A stretch of DNA of 50,988 nucleotides from Nanobdellota archaeon (GCA_018818285.1 JAHIRT010000030.1:1-50988), one strand, 5' to 3'. Numbered from the stretch's first letter, positions 9,080-19,928 are shown. The notes: generated from the sequence alone by a model not told the origin. Made by a program: numbers and translations.

Positions 9080-9475
9080 TTAAGGGTCCAAATAAGCATC
9101 ACGATAAGCGCAAAGTTTTTCAAGAGAATCTTCTTCAAAAGAATCTTCTTCTAAACATCTATCACATAATATTCTTGGTTTTCCTCCTTGGTGAAGTTCT
9201 AAATAAGGCACCGGACAAACTTTTTTTTGAACTGCTTGAGCAAGAATTTCTTGGTATCCAGATTCTTCTGGAGCATAAATAGACTGAAAATGTTCTGTTA
9301 AACCTCCATGGAATTTTGGAGAATTAAGTTCTCTTGCTATTTGATTATCTGTTTTTAAATAAGCTCCACTTAGAACTCTGGAAGACATATCTCCCTCATA
9401 ACCTTCCATTAACAAATGCGAACTTTCAGGCTTGCTTAGCTCTGAATTCTGTACAGCTGGATCAAAATCATTCAT
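9080..9475 (-). CDS. Hypothetical protein
   Basis: 131-aa ORF, no recognised motif. Confidence 0.4.
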   Translation of the reverse strand: MNDFDPAVQNSELSKPESSHLLMEGYEGDMSSRVLSGAYLKTDNQIARELNSPKFHGGLTEHFQSIYAPEESGYQEILAQAVQKKVCPVPYLELHQGGKPRILCDRCLEEDSFEEDSLEKLCAYRDAYLDP

Positions 9476-9504
9476 TTTAAGTAAGATTTATAGAAATTTT
9501 GAAT

Positions 9505-10080
9505 TTATAAAGATTTTTGTTTTACAGTGTTATGTTTCTCAGAAAAAATCTGGCAGGAAAATTTGTAAAGTTTAAAATCTTTTTCTTTCCATGTATTTTT
9601 AGATAAACCAGCTTTTTCACAAACAGTTTCTAAAAATTCTTTTGAATTCATATTGTGCTCTATTGCAACTTGGGGAAGAAGCAAACCAGAATATCCTTTA
9701 TATTCACATATTAAACCATGTTTTCCAATTTCTAAGTTCTTTGGAGATGACTGAATTTCTTTAGGAATATCTAAAACTGAGATTTCTATTTTAATATCAT
9801 TTAATTCTTTTTCTTCTAATGGCAGGAATCTTGAGTCAGAAAATGCAGATAATTTTGCAGCTTTAATCACAGCTTCTTTAATCTTCATTAAAGGATAAAC
9901 AAAACCAATGCATCCTCTCAAGTCATTATTTTTAGTTAAAGTTACAAAAACTCCTTTTTTCTCATTAAATTTATCTTCTTCTAAATTATCAATTTTTTTT
10001 GAACTAAATTCTTCTTCTATTGATTGCCTTGCTAATTTCAAAAGTTTTTTTTCATCCTGCTTGGAATATTTTTCATCCAT
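9505..10080 (-). CDS. AMMECR1-domain protein
   Basis: GVFVTL..LRGCIGF and SGLLLPQVA motifs. Confidence 0.8.
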   Translation of the reverse strand: MDEKYSKQDEKKLLKLARQSIEEEFSSKKIDNLEEDKFNEKKGVFVTLTKNNDLRGCIGFVYPLMKIKEAVIKAAKLSAFSDSRFLPLEEKELNDIKIEISVLDIPKEIQSSPKNLEIGKHGLICEYKGYSGLLLPQVAIEHNMNSKEFLETVCEKAGLSKNTWKEKDFKLYKFSCQIFSEKHNTVKQKSL

Positions 10081-10212
10081 AATAAATCAAAGAAATAGTT
10101 ATTTATATTGTTTTTGATTTTTTGTTAAATCAAACATCTATGTAGCTATTAAGTTATTATGCTAAGAAAGAAAAAGCACTGATGGTTTTGTCTTTAGTAT
10201 TTCTAAATCACT

Positions 10213-10482
10213 TTATTCAGTTTTTGAATTTTTAAAATCAGCAACTAATTTATCAAGGTGTTTTTCTATCTGGCTAACAGCATCTGAAATTGCTTTTTTA
10301 ACTGTCTTTGTTTTTGTCTTTGTTTTTAGCACAGGATTTTTGCTTGGATGTTCTCTTTTCCATGCAGCAAAACTCACAGAATCATCTTCATTTAAATATG
10401 TTCTAAGCAATTCAGCTATTGTAAGATTATCTAATTCAATCTCAGCTTCATTTTTTTCATCCTTAATATAGTTGATTTCCAT
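10213..10482 (-). CDS. rpoL: DNA-directed RNA polymerase subunit L (Rpo11)
   Basis: 89 aa; EIELDN.TIAELLRTYLNEDDSVSFAAWKREHPSKNPVL resembles the RpoL/Rpb11 core. Confidence 0.7.
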   Translation of the reverse strand: MEINYIKDEKNEAEIELDNLTIAELLRTYLNEDDSVSFAAWKREHPSKNPVLKTKTKTKTVKKAISDAVSQIEKHLDKLVADFKNSKTE

Positions 10483-10556
10483 TTTGTATACAAAAAAAAT
10501 AGATTTTTAAATGTTATGTTTGATAGTTCTTTCTCTAACAAGAAATTTAAATCTTG

Positions 10557-11519
10557 TTATCCATCTTCAGTCATCTCAATTTCATCACCTAACATTTCTT
10601 CTTCTTTTTCAGCTTGTTTTTTTTCCCTAATTTCTTTGCCTCTTTTCCATATTAAATCAAAGAGACTTTTACCTGAATTTTCAATTTTAGTTTTATTATT
10701 ATCTTCTTTTAGTCCTTGTAATTTTTTTAAATCTCCTATTGTTAAGTTTTTTATAGATTTTTTATTAACAATTAAATCTTTTTTAATATCCTGCCCATTA
10801 ATTAAAGGTTCTTGCTTAGGTTCTTCTTGCTGTAAATTAAAAGAGGATTTTTTAAATATTGAATTCTTTATTTCTGGAGATTCTAAATTTTTTTCAGGGG
10901 TTTCATGTTCAAAAAATTCCTGTGTTTTACCCCAACTTGAAAACGCAGGTTTGTTTGGAGTCTCTTTTTGCTTTTCAATAATTTCTTGTTTTTTGAGTTT
11001 TATTCCAAAAAACTGTTCAAGTTTGTTTATTAGTTTTGGAGCATCATCAGGAAACTCCTTGTTTTCAATCATTTTAATTGCAGTTTCACTTTCTCCTAAA
11101 AATTCAGCTAATTGATTTCTTGAGAGTTTTTTCTTTTTTCTAGCCATAAGAATATGCCAATTAAAATTATCAATCAGATGAAGTGGTTTGTTTTTAGATT
11201 TTGCAAGAATTGATTTTCTTTCAAAGTCATCTTTTTTTTCTTCAAAAACTGAGATATTTTTTTGAGTTATTTCATGAGCTATTTTAGATATTTTTGATTT
11301 ATTGCTGTCTGTTTCTGATATTCTTTCAAGTCTGACATGGACATTTTTGTTTCCTTCTTCACTTGATTTTAATTGAAATGTTGAAGGTCTTCTTATAACT
11401 GGAATATCTTCAAGCAAAGAACACTCTTCGCAAATTTTAGTAATCTGGTTGAAAGTTATTGCATCAAGGAGTTTTACTTCATCTTCGTTTCTTCCACATT
11501 TAAAACATTTTAAAATCAT
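10557..11519 (-). CDS. Zinc-ribbon plus XRE-type HTH protein (MBF1-like) with K/E-rich extension
   Basis: N-terminal CFKCG..ICEEC ribbon; central HTH LSRNQLAEFLGESETAIKMIENKE. Confidence 0.55.
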   Translation of the reverse strand: MILKCFKCGRNEDEVKLLDAITFNQITKICEECSLLEDIPVIRRPSTFQLKSSEEGNKNVHVRLERISETDSNKSKISKIAHEITQKNISVFEEKKDDFERKSILAKSKNKPLHLIDNFNWHILMARKKKKLSRNQLAEFLGESETAIKMIENKEFPDDAPKLINKLEQFFGIKLKKQEIIEKQKETPNKPAFSSWGKTQEFFEHETPEKNLESPEIKNSIFKKSSFNLQQEEPKQEPLINGQDIKKDLIVNKKSIKNLTIGDLKKLQGLKEDNNKTKIENSGKSLFDLIWKRGKEIREKKQAEKEEEMLGDEIEMTEDG

Positions 11520-11585
11520 GAAATTAAAAAGAAAACTTTGTTTTTATTTATTTCTGCACTGGATTATAGTGTTTCAATCAATATT

Positions 11586-12248
11586 TCAATCAATATACAA
11601 CTCAATATTTTCTAAATCTTCTATTTCTGTGATTTTTATTTTTTCATCAATTAGAACAACTGGGAGTTCTTGCTCTGTGATATTGTAGTTATTCATTAAT
11701 ATTCTTATTGCTCCAAAATCAGCATCACCTGAAATAGGAATTAAAAGTATTCTTTCTCCTTTTTCATTTTTTAAATCCCCGAGTTTTCTTGAGAAGGTAC
11801 TTTGTTTTGCTTTTGTTTCAATTGGAGGGTTGTTATTTGAGTATTTGTAAAAGTAAACTACATTATGATAAGAGATTTTGCATTTTTCTTTTAGTTTTAT
11901 ACTATTTATCCATAATTGTGTTCTTAAAATATCATATTTTTTATGCCTTAAAATAAGTGCATCACTAATTCTGCTTGCTCCTTCATAATCATCTAAGAGT
12001 TTAGCTTCTTCATAAATTCTGTCAGCAAACAAGATATTTTCTTTTATGAGATTATCACAATTAATATTATTAAAAGTATAAATATCATTCTGTGCCCTTA
12101 TATCCAATAACTCCAGTTCTGAACTAATATACAATTGGTCTATTTTTTCAACCCGGTTTTTCTCAAGTGAATAACCAAAATAAATTCCTATGTTAAAAAC
12201 TATTAAAGTCAAAATAAGAGCCTGCCAAAATGCATGTTTATTATTCAT
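11586..12248 (-). CDS. Hypothetical protein with N-terminal membrane anchor
   Basis: Start moved to the ATG at 12248 (MNNKHAFWQALILTLIVFNIGIYF), which removes the overlap with the upstream GT2 gene. Confidence 0.5.
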   Translation of the reverse strand: MNNKHAFWQALILTLIVFNIGIYFGYSLEKNRVEKIDQLYISSELELLDIRAQNDIYTFNNINCDNLIKENILFADRIYEEAKLLDDYEGASRISDALILRHKKYDILRTQLWINSIKLKEKCKISYHNVVYFYKYSNNNPPIETKAKQSTFSRKLGDLKNEKGERILLIPISGDADFGAIRILMNNYNITEQELPVVLIDEKIKITEIEDLENIELYID

Positions 12249-12249
12249 T

Positions 12250-13476
12250 TTATCTCCAAATGTTTTTCCCTCTGATTGCATGATACATTGAGTTTAGCAT
12301 AATAAAAGGATATGCTGTTAAATAGATTATCATATAAAAAAAGATATTAAAAAGGTTTTGTTTTTTAAGAACTTCCTGTTTCATTAAGTACAGAACTGAA
12401 AAAGTAAATATCACTCCAAAAACAAACAAAACAATCCCAAGATAATTCAAGAAACTTGGTGTGATAAAAAAGTCTTCTAAAGTCAATAGCTCTGTTCCAG
12501 CAATTAATGTATATTTTGTGATAAGATATCTTGATATTAAATTCCGAGTTATGAGATAGGAAAATATGCTTAACCCAAGCAAACCAAGAAATGTCTGAAG
12601 AATAAAAAAAGGAAGAATAAAAAATCCGAGCATTCCTTTTTTGAAAAAATTACTTTTGTATTTCCATATACATTGCAAGCCTCCAATATTCCATCTTCTT
12701 CTTTGCTTAAACCATTCTTTGAATTTAGAAGGAACTGTTGTTGTAACATTTGTTGAAAGGCACATTCTTCTTTGCCATTCATTATGAGTTAAGTGCCATG
12801 TTGCTTCAATATCTTCTGTCATGTTCGAAGTATCAAAACCATGAATATCATCTAATGCAGATTTTCTGTAAATTGCAAGTGTTCCAGGAGTTACATAAAT
12901 TGCATCAACAAAATCAAGGAGTTTTCTTGTAAAAGCAATTATATTATATTCAATTGCCTGAAGTTTTTCTATGAATCTTGTTTTATTTCTTGCTTGACAA
13001 GGACAGGTTACTGCTCCAACTTTTTCATCATTAAAAAAACCAATCATTTTTTTTATAGCATCTTTTTTAGGATAAGAATCAGCATCAACCACTGCAATTA
13101 ATTCTGTGTTTACTCCTTTCAAACCATAATTCACTGCAAAAGCCTTGTTCCCCTGATTTTCCTTGTCAAATAATTTCAAATTACTATATTTCCCGAGAAG
13201 TTTTCTAACTATCTCAGATGTTTTATCTTTGCTTCCATCATTAACTACAATTATTTGTTTAATAGGGTATTCAGACTCAGCAACATATTTTATAGTGTCT
13301 TTGATTGTTTTTTCTTCATTATAAGCAGGAATTATAACACTTAAAGAATAATCTTTTTTTGGTTTTGGATAATCATGAATTTTTTTTCTGTTTTTAAAAA
13401 ATAGAATTAGAAAAAAGGATAAGAAATACAAAGAGACAAACATATAGCTTAAATAAATATAAGGAAGGAATTTCAT
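12250..13476 (-). CDS. Family 2 glycosyltransferase (membrane-embedded, QxxRW type)
   Basis: [24 protein letters not shown] and QRRRW motifs, plus N- and C-terminal TM segments. Confidence 0.8.
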   Translation of the reverse strand: MKFLPYIYLSYMFVSLYFLSFFLILFFKNRKKIHDYPKPKKDYSLSVIIPAYNEEKTIKDTIKYVAESEYPIKQIIVVNDGSKDKTSEIVRKLLGKYSNLKLFDKENQGNKAFAVNYGLKGVNTELIAVVDADSYPKKDAIKKMIGFFNDEKVGAVTCPCQARNKTRFIEKLQAIEYNIIAFTRKLLDFVDAIYVTPGTLAIYRKSALDDIHGFDTSNMTEDIEATWHLTHNEWQRRMCLSTNVTTTVPSKFKEWFKQRRRWNIGGLQCIWKYKSNFFKKGMLGFFILPFFILQTFLGLLGLSIFSYLITRNLISRYLITKYTLIAGTELLTLEDFFITPSFLNYLGIVLFVFGVIFTFSVLYLMKQEVLKKQNLFNIFFYMIIYLTAYPFIMLNSMYHAIRGKNIWR

Positions 13477-14036
13477 TTTTTCAAATCAGATTTTTTTTCA
13501 ATATTTAGGGAATTATCAGAACTCTCTTTATTTTGAACATGAAAATAATCATAAAATTCTTCAGATAAATTTAATTCTTTTGTGCGTCCTAATTTTTTTG
13601 ATTTAAGCAAGCCGAGCTGGACGAATTTTCTTATGTGCTCATAAGATTTGTTTCCCCTGATTTTGACAATGACTGATTGTTTTATTGGCTGTTTATATGC
13701 AATAACAGCAAGTGTTTCCTGCTCTGCTTTTGTGAACTCACTTGAACCTGTTGCAAATTTATTAATCATGTCTGTATGCTCTGATTTAACATCCATTTTC
13801 CAAGAATTTTCTTTTGATAAAATATCAAGAGCAGTATTCATATTTGAATATTTATTATTTAATTTTTCAAGCAATTGTTTTAAAAGTATTGGATTAATGT
13901 CTGTGAGCATAATAAGCTCTTGGAGACTTAGCCATCTCCCAGAAATAAACAGGGCCGCCTCAATTTTATTCAAATTATGATTTTCTCTTTCTTTTTCTAT
14001 TTCTAGTTCAGTTTGTGAATTTATTTCTGGACTCAT
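13473..14036 (-). CDS. scpB: Segregation and condensation protein B
   Basis: [16 protein letters not shown] and [12 protein letters not shown] motifs of tandem-wHTH ScpB. Confidence 0.7.
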   Translation of the reverse strand: MSPEINSQTELEIEKERENHNLNKIEAALFISGRWLSLQELIMLTDINPILLKQLLEKLNNKYSNMNTALDILSKENSWKMDVKSEHTDMINKFATGSSEFTKAEQETLAVIAYKQPIKQSVIVKIRGNKSYEHIRKFVQLGLLKSKKLGRTKELNLSEEFYDYFHVQNKESSDNSLNIEKKSDLKK

Positions 14037-14070
14037 GGATATTTTAAGAAGAATAGAGTTTTAAAGGTTA

Positions 14071-14499
14071 TTATCTGTGGCTAAAAACCAATTTTTTATT
14101 TATAAAAAATTTTACTGGAGCAAAACCAAGGCTTATCAGGACTTGGGCAAAAAAATACCAAATATTAAAAAATTCTACAAGAACATAAAGAAACACCAAG
14201 TTCAAAATAAAAACTCCTGCATTAAGAATAGAAAATTCATAATATAATCTTGAAATTGTCTTTGGATTAAATAAATTAAAGGTGTAATATTTGTTTAAGA
14301 TAAAGTTTATTGAGGCTGCAATAAAATAAGCAATCATAAAAGAGATTAAATAATGTATCTTAAACAAGGATTTTAAAATAAAAAGAAGCAAAAGCAAGAT
14401 TAGGGTTGTGGCGATAGCAAAATAACAATATTTTTTAAATTGTTTAAAATGAAGGTTTATTCTTTGTTTTAATGTCAAGTCATAAACTTTAACCCTCAT
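14071..14499 (-). CDS. GtrA-like membrane protein
   Basis: 142 aa, four hydrophobic segments, NFILNKYYTF motif. Confidence 0.55.
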   Translation of the reverse strand: MRVKVYDLTLKQRINLHFKQFKKYCYFAIATTLILLLLLFILKSLFKIHYLISFMIAYFIAASINFILNKYYTFNLFNPKTISRLYYEFSILNAGVFILNLVFLYVLVEFFNIWYFFAQVLISLGFAPVKFFINKKLVFSHR

Positions 14500-14534
14500 A
14501 TAAAACTAAAAATTAGAATATTTAAAAACTTTTC

Positions 14535-15614
14535 TTAAATATCAAATCTCAACAAAGCACCCACTCCCCCAAGATTATAAAACTGCTCCCCTTCTTCTGT
14601 TTCAGTAGAAACAATCTCAATTTCAGTTGATGTGGTTTCTGCTTTTTTCTTAAAATCTAAAATATCTTGTTTTTTTAATTTTTTGCTTAAGATAAGAGTT
14701 TTAACTGCTCCATATTTAAGAGCTTTTTCAATATCTGGTTTTTTATATGCAACTTTGTTGTTTTTTCCTAATTTTTCAAAAAAGTTTTCAAGAATCTTTT
14801 TTTCATATATAATTTCCTGCTCAGCTAAAAGGTCTTGGCTTGCCTGAACCAAATCAGTTAAACCAGACTCATCTGTGTTTCCTATGTCTTTCATTCCAAT
14901 TATCTTATCTTTTAATGAAGCAGTTATTTGTCCTTCTTTGACAAACTCCTCTTTAGTTGGAATAGGACCTCCGATAATTATTCCTTTTAAATTTTTCAAA
15001 TTAAAATAAAGCTCTTTCATCGAGCCCGCAATTCTTCTGTAAAATTCTTTTGCTGCCTGGTCCCTCAATCTGCTAAATCGTGCTGCACTCTGCCCACCGG
15101 TTTTATATTTCCCAGGAACACCAGAAGTCATTTTTCTCAAAACCTTAATTTGCTTTCCCTCTAACAATCCAAGAGTTGCTTCTTTTCTATCCATTACAAC
15201 CAAACCATAAACTTCATCAACTTCCATCATTTCTTTTAATGGCTCTAAAACAAAAACTTGGTCACATCTGTAAAGTCTTGTTTTTAATGGTTTTGGAGGT
15301 TCAATAATCCAGGTTTTCAAATCTGGCTGCCCTTCTTTTTCAGAAACATTCCCGCAAAAAATAGCCATTCCATTTTCTGGAGTGTTTTTATATAATTTTA
15401 ATTCTCTTGAAATTGTTTCTAAAGCATCAACAACATTTTTCATAGTTGTCTTGCTTTTAATATTAGAGGCTGTTCCTTTTTCAGATTCAATTTGTTTTGA
15501 AACAACATTTTTATTCAAGCCTGCAGGAACATAAACACTAACAAGTTCAGTGTGCCTTCCTTTAATTTTTTCAAGTTCTTCAATTAATTCTTCTAGTTCA
15601 TCTTTTGATATCAT
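14535..15614 (-). CDS. prf1: Peptide chain release factor aRF1
   Basis: NIKS and GGQSAARF motifs. Confidence 0.9.
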   Translation of the reverse strand: MISKDELEELIEELEKIKGRHTELVSVYVPAGLNKNVVSKQIESEKGTASNIKSKTTMKNVVDALETISRELKLYKNTPENGMAIFCGNVSEKEGQPDLKTWIIEPPKPLKTRLYRCDQVFVLEPLKEMMEVDEVYGLVVMDRKEATLGLLEGKQIKVLRKMTSGVPGKYKTGGQSAARFSRLRDQAAKEFYRRIAGSMKELYFNLKNLKGIIIGGPIPTKEEFVKEGQITASLKDKIIGMKDIGNTDESGLTDLVQASQDLLAEQEIIYEKKILENFFEKLGKNNKVAYKKPDIEKALKYGAVKTLILSKKLKKQDILDFKKKAETTSTEIEIVSTETEEGEQFYNLGGVGALLRFDI

Positions 15615-15665
15615 TAACAGAATAAGAAGAAGATGTTTATAAATTTAAGTGGAATAATAAGTGAA

Positions 15666-16061
15666 TTAATAACCAAAATGTGCTTTGAGAATGTTATCAA
15701 ATATTGTTTGGGTTTCATAATATGATTGCTCTATTTCATCACAGGCATTTCGATGACTTTCTCTCATATTAACTTCAAACTTTGGAAAAAATCTCATCGT
15801 ATCTCCATTAAACTGGATAATTTCTCCTTTAGAATCATATAAATAAGAGTTATAAGAACATCCTCCATCGCTTTTTGAAAATCTTGTTTGGAGTGTTAAT
15901 CTGTGATATCCTCTTCCATTTAAATCCCTTATTGCTGTTGGAAAAGTCATATTATCAGTAAGAATAGTTTCTTCAATTGTTTCTGTTCTTGGTTTTAAAT
16001 CTTCAATTTTTTTAGGCCCTTTATCTGAAATTACTTCTCCTTGAATATCAACAATTTCCAT
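15666..16061 (-). CDS. Hypothetical protein
   Basis: 131-aa ORF, no recognised motif. Confidence 0.4.
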   Translation of the reverse strand: MEIVDIQGEVISDKGPKKIEDLKPRTETIEETILTDNMTFPTAIRDLNGRGYHRLTLQTRFSKSDGGCSYNSYLYDSKGEIIQFNGDTMRFFPKFEVNMRESHRNACDEIEQSYYETQTIFDNILKAHFGY

Positions 16062-16174
16062 AGTTTTATAGAAAATATTTTATTTAAAAAGAAATGTATA
16101 AAAGAAAATATATTTCAAAATTTAAGGAAAATAAATTAAATATAAATCAAGCTATTTCACGAAGACATATGGTG

Positions 16175-16354
16175 TTACTTTTCTTGTGGCAGATATATAG
16201 GTATAGGTTTTCTCTGTCTATATTCTAATGCTCTTTCTCCTTCTCTTTGTCTTCTATCTGCTTCCATTGCTAATTGAACTGCTCTCGCTCTAATTGCTCC
16301 AACTGCTTTTTTATCTTCTTCAGTCAATATAAGAGGTTTTCTTACTAATGCCAT
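16175..16354 (-). CDS. Small hypothetical protein (59 aa), absent from the ORF track
   Basis: My translation: MALVRKPLILTEEDKKAVGAIRARAVQLAMEADRRQREGERALEYRQRKPIPIYLPQEK. It fills an otherwise empty gap upstream of valS. Confidence 0.3.
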   Translation of the reverse strand: MALVRKPLILTEEDKKAVGAIRARAVQLAMEADRRQREGERALEYRQRKPIPIYLPQEK

Positions 16355-16402
16355 TTTATTTTTAATATGAAATAGAGTGTTACTTGATTTATAAATTTAT
16401 CT

Positions 16403-18772
16403 TCAGATAAACTCAATCCTAAATTTCCCTTGTTTAATTTCCCTTGCATTTATAACAGCTTTTAAATCATCTAAAACATTTTTTAATTTTTCAGTATCTT
16501 TTTTTTCAAGAGTTAAAACAATTTCTGCTTTTACTGATTTTTGCTTTTTTGCTTTTTCATGTCTTACTTTTTCAAGAACTTTAATAAATAAGTTTCCTGT
16601 GTCTGAAATTTCTTTATTTTCTTTATTTTCAAATTCTGGCCATTTGCTTATATGAATGCTTTTGCATTTTTCATCTTTTGCAAATCTTTCTTGATAAATT
16701 TCTTCAGTAATAAATGAAGTTATTGGAGCAATTAATTTAAGAATTGTCAATAAAGAATAATATAAAACATATTGTGCGGACTTTTTTTTATTGCTTTTGG
16801 AATTATAAATTCTGTCTTTGACAATCTCAAGATAATTATCAGAGAAATCATGCCAGAAGAAATTTTCAATTTTTTTCTTTCCTTCAGCTATGTTGTAGTT
16901 CAGATAAAGTTCCTTAACTTCTTTTGAGAGCTTTGCAATTTTTTGAAGCATCCATTCATCAATAAGCATTAGTTTTGGTTTTTTTCCATTATAATTCTTT
17001 AAATTCATAAATACAAATCTTGAAGCATTCCAGAGTTTTTTTAAAAATCTTTGTCCTGCAACAAGTTCTTGTTCATTAAAAGGCAAATCACTTCCAATAG
17101 AAGCAGTTCCAACCCAATATCTGAATGTATCAACTCCATATTTTTCTATGATTTCATCTGCCCAAATTGCATTTCCTTTGCTTTTGTGCATTCCTCTTCT
17201 TTTAGAATCAAGAACAAAAGTGCTTATTACCAAGTCTTTCCAAGGAATTCTATTGAAAAGCAAATGGCTCTTTAAAATAGTGTAAAATGCCCATGTTCTG
17301 ATAATATCATGCCCCTGAGGTCTTAAAGACATTGGAGTTATTTTTTCATATGTTTCTGGATTTTTCAGCCATTGACATGCAACCTCTGGGCTGTTTGAAG
17401 AAGTCATCCATGTGTCAAAAACATCTGTGTCAGGTTTTGCTTGTTTTTTGCATTTAGGGCATTTTTTCTTAATTTGCATTGGGTCAATAGGAAGTTCTCT
17501 TTCTTCTGGCAGAATTATTTTGTTGCAATCATTGCAGTACCAAACAGGAATAGGAATCCCAAAATATCTCTGCCTTGAGATAACCCAATCCCATCCAAGA
17601 TTTTTAACCCAGTTTTCATATCTTACTCTCATAAAATCAGGATACCATTTGACTTGTTTTCCTCTTTTAATTAAATCTTTTTTATGCTCCAATGTTTTAA
17701 TAAACCACTGTTTTGCTGTGATATATTCAACAGGACTTGAGCATCTCCAACAACTTCCAACTGTTTGTTTCAGTGGCTCTTGTTTTTTTAATCTTCCTTG
17801 TTTTTTTAATTCCTGGATAATTTTTTCTTTAGCTTCCTCAATCTTCATTCCTTTGTACTTTCCAGCAATTTCTTTTAATGTTCCATCAGGATTCAAAAGA
17901 TTTTTCAGTTCAAGACAATGTTTTTTCCACCATTCTATGTCAGTATTATCCCCAAAAGTGCATACCATAACAACACCAGTCCCAAAATCTTTGTCAACTT
18001 TTTCATCTGTCATAACTCTGACCGGAAAATTAAAAATAGGAACAATTAATTCTTTTCCAATTAAATCTTTAAATCTGCTGTCATTTGGATTGACAAATAT
18101 TCCAACACAAGCAGGAAGAAATTCTGGACGGGTTGTTGCAATAGTTACTTTCTTTTTCTCGCCTTTAATATCAAAATCAATATAATTAAGCTTTGTAGTT
18201 CTCTCTAAATCTTCAACTTCTGCTTGAGCTAAAGCTGTTTCATGATAAGGGCACCATATAACAGGCTCTTGTTTTCTGTAGCAGTTCTTATTTTTAATAA
18301 GTTTAAGAAATACTGTTTGGGATATTTTTTGGGCTTCTGGAGAAATTGTTTGATAAACCAAGTCCCAATCATAACTATGCCCTAATTTTTTAAATACTCT
18401 TTCAGAATATTCCTCTTCAACTCTTTTTGTTTCTTTTAAGCATAGTTTTCTAAACTCTGCTCTGTCTGTGGTTTTTTTATTAATTCCAAGTTTTTCTTCA
18501 ACATATTTTTCAGTAGGCAAACCATTGTCATCAAATCCTGGAGGAAAATAAACATTAAAATCAAGCTGTCTCATTATTCTCGCAATAATTTCAAACTGCG
18601 TGTAATGAAGAGCATGCCCTACATGCAAGTGTCCTGAAGATGCATAGGGGGGAGGAGTGTCAATAGAATAAATTTTCTTTTTTGATTTTAAATCAAATTT
18701 GTAGATTTTTTCTTTTTCCCAAAAATCTTTGTATTTTTTTTCTATTTCTTTTGCATTATAAGTTTTGTCCAT
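16403..18772 (-). CDS. valS: Valyl-tRNA synthetase
   Basis: TPPPYASSGHLHVGHA (HIGH), PPGFDDNGLPTE, and GMHKSKGN (KMSKS-like). The archaeal ValRS pattern is recalled from memory. Confidence 0.8.
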   Translation of the reverse strand: MDKTYNAKEIEKKYKDFWEKEKIYKFDLKSKKKIYSIDTPPPYASSGHLHVGHALHYTQFEIIARIMRQLDFNVYFPPGFDDNGLPTEKYVEEKLGINKKTTDRAEFRKLCLKETKRVEEEYSERVFKKLGHSYDWDLVYQTISPEAQKISQTVFLKLIKNKNCYRKQEPVIWCPYHETALAQAEVEDLERTTKLNYIDFDIKGEKKKVTIATTRPEFLPACVGIFVNPNDSRFKDLIGKELIVPIFNFPVRVMTDEKVDKDFGTGVVMVCTFGDNTDIEWWKKHCLELKNLLNPDGTLKEIAGKYKGMKIEEAKEKIIQELKKQGRLKKQEPLKQTVGSCWRCSSPVEYITAKQWFIKTLEHKKDLIKRGKQVKWYPDFMRVRYENWVKNLGWDWVISRQRYFGIPIPVWYCNDCNKIILPEERELPIDPMQIKKKCPKCKKQAKPDTDVFDTWMTSSNSPEVACQWLKNPETYEKITPMSLRPQGHDIIRTWAFYTILKSHLLFNRIPWKDLVISTFVLDSKRRGMHKSKGNAIWADEIIEKYGVDTFRYWVGTASIGSDLPFNEQELVAGQRFLKKLWNASRFVFMNLKNYNGKKPKLMLIDEWMLQKIAKLSKEVKELYLNYNIAEGKKKIENFFWHDFSDNYLEIVKDRIYNSKSNKKKSAQYVLYYSLLTILKLIAPITSFITEEIYQERFAKDEKCKSIHISKWPEFENKENKEISDTGNLFIKVLEKVRHEKAKKQKSVKAEIVLTLEKKDTEKLKNVLDDLKAVINAREIKQGKFRIEFI

Positions 18773-18832
18773 ATTAAGTATACTTACAGAAGATTTAAAA
18801 AAGTTTATATAGTCTTGCTTTTTTTAAGAATC

Positions 18833-18997
18833 ATGGCAGAAAAAATAAATATGCCAGCAGGATTTGGCGGTTTGATGAGATATAATGAGGAGTATCCATC
18901 AAAATTAAAATTAGACCCAAAACACGTAATTATTTTTATAATCTTGCTGCTTGTTTTTTCAGTATTTTTAAGAATTTTCTGGCCTATTGGTGGTTAA
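18833..18997 (+). CDS. Sec61-beta type translocon subunit
   Basis: 54 aa from the ATG at 18833: PAGFGGLMRY followed by a single C-terminal TM segment. Confidence 0.6.
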   Translation: MAEKINMPAGFGGLMRYNEEYPSKLKLDPKHVIIFIILLLVFSVFLRIFWPIGG

Positions 18998-19000
18998 AAA

Positions 19001-19327
19001 ATGTTTCCTTCAATTGACCCAAGAAAAATGAAATCAATGATGTCTAAGATGGGCATTAAGCAAGATGAAATTCCAGCTAAAAGAGTTATAATTGAGCAAG
19101 AAGACAAAGATATAATTATAGAAAATCCTCAGATACTTAAGATAGATATGCAGGGAAATGAAAGCTTTCAGATTACAGGAGAAGTAAGTGAGGAAGAAAA
19201 AGGAATAAGTGAAGAAGATATAAAGCAAGTTATGGAAAAAACAGGGAAATGCGAAGAAGAGGCAAGAAATGCTTTGGAAAAAAATAATGGGGATTTGGCT
19301 GAAGCAATTTTGGAACTGAGCCAATAG
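19001..19327 (+). CDS. nac: Nascent polypeptide-associated complex protein (NAC plus UBA)
   Basis: IDPRKMKSMMSKMGIK, a NAC beta-barrel segment, and a C-terminal UBA-like EEARNALEKNNGDLAEAIL. Confidence 0.85.
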   Translation: MFPSIDPRKMKSMMSKMGIKQDEIPAKRVIIEQEDKDIIIENPQILKIDMQGNESFQITGEVSEEEKGISEEDIKQVMEKTGKCEEEARNALEKNNGDLAEAILELSQ

Positions 19328-19361
19328 AAAATTATAATAATCTCCTAAATATTGTTTCTCT

Positions 19362-19835
19362 ATGGTTTTTCAGGAAAAATATGCATTAAGTTTGGAAAAA
19401 GCAAAAAAGCAATTAGAGACAGCAGACCATTTGACTTATATAACAATTAAGATTGTGCAGGAAAAAAAACTTTTATTAAAGATATTAGAGAACATCTCAA
19501 CTTCTGCCATACATCTTATAAATTCTGTTTTGCAGTATGAATATCTTTACAAAAGAATTGAATTATATAAGGACCCGCGAGAAAATTTCAGGACATTTGA
19601 AAGAATTGCTGAAAGATATGGTTTGTCTCAGGAACAAGTGAAAAAAATAAAAGAAATTCTAGATATTGCTAAAAAGCACAAAGAAAGCCCTTTTGAATTT
19701 GTGAAAAATGATAAAGTAGTGATAATGTCAAATGACTCAAAAATTGATACATTAACAATTGAAACAATTAAAGGGTTTTTATTAGAAACAAAGGATTTTT
19801 TTAGAAAAGTAAATTTAAAAATCAAGGCAAATTAG
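19362..19835 (+). CDS. Hypothetical protein (paralog of 19929..20366)
   Basis: Shares an N-terminal ..ADHL.. helix and overall pattern with the next ORF. Confidence 0.5.
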   Translation: MVFQEKYALSLEKAKKQLETADHLTYITIKIVQEKKLLLKILENISTSAIHLINSVLQYEYLYKRIELYKDPRENFRTFERIAERYGLSQEQVKKIKEILDIAKKHKESPFEFVKNDKVVIMSNDSKIDTLTIETIKGFLLETKDFFRKVNLKIKAN

Positions 19836-19885
19836 AGAAAAGTATAAATACAAGCTTTTTAGAGAAAAGTATAAATACCTGCTTT
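19832..19885 (+). repeat. Tandem 27-nt duplication carrying a TATA-like box
   Basis: TTAGAGAAAAGTATAAATACAAGCTTT followed by TTAGAGAAAAGTATAAATACCTGCTTT. Confidence 0.8.
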
Positions 19886-19928
19886 TACTTATAATTCTTA
19901 TGCCTTCTGAAAAAGAGGGTTTCTCACA

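Noticed and set aside
17412-18185. 257-aa plus-strand ORF inside valS. Similar cases are 10516..11115 (199 aa) and many 60-110-aa ORFs opposite known genes.
   Set aside because: These are shadow ORFs antisense to well-supported conserved genes. Their translations are low-complexity (S/F/L/I-rich) and have no motifs.
19832-19885. Possible CRISPR-like or minisatellite array (also considered for 50254..50294)
   Set aside because: There are only two adjacent copies with no spacer-repeat periodicity and no cas genes. They are better explained as small tandem duplications.
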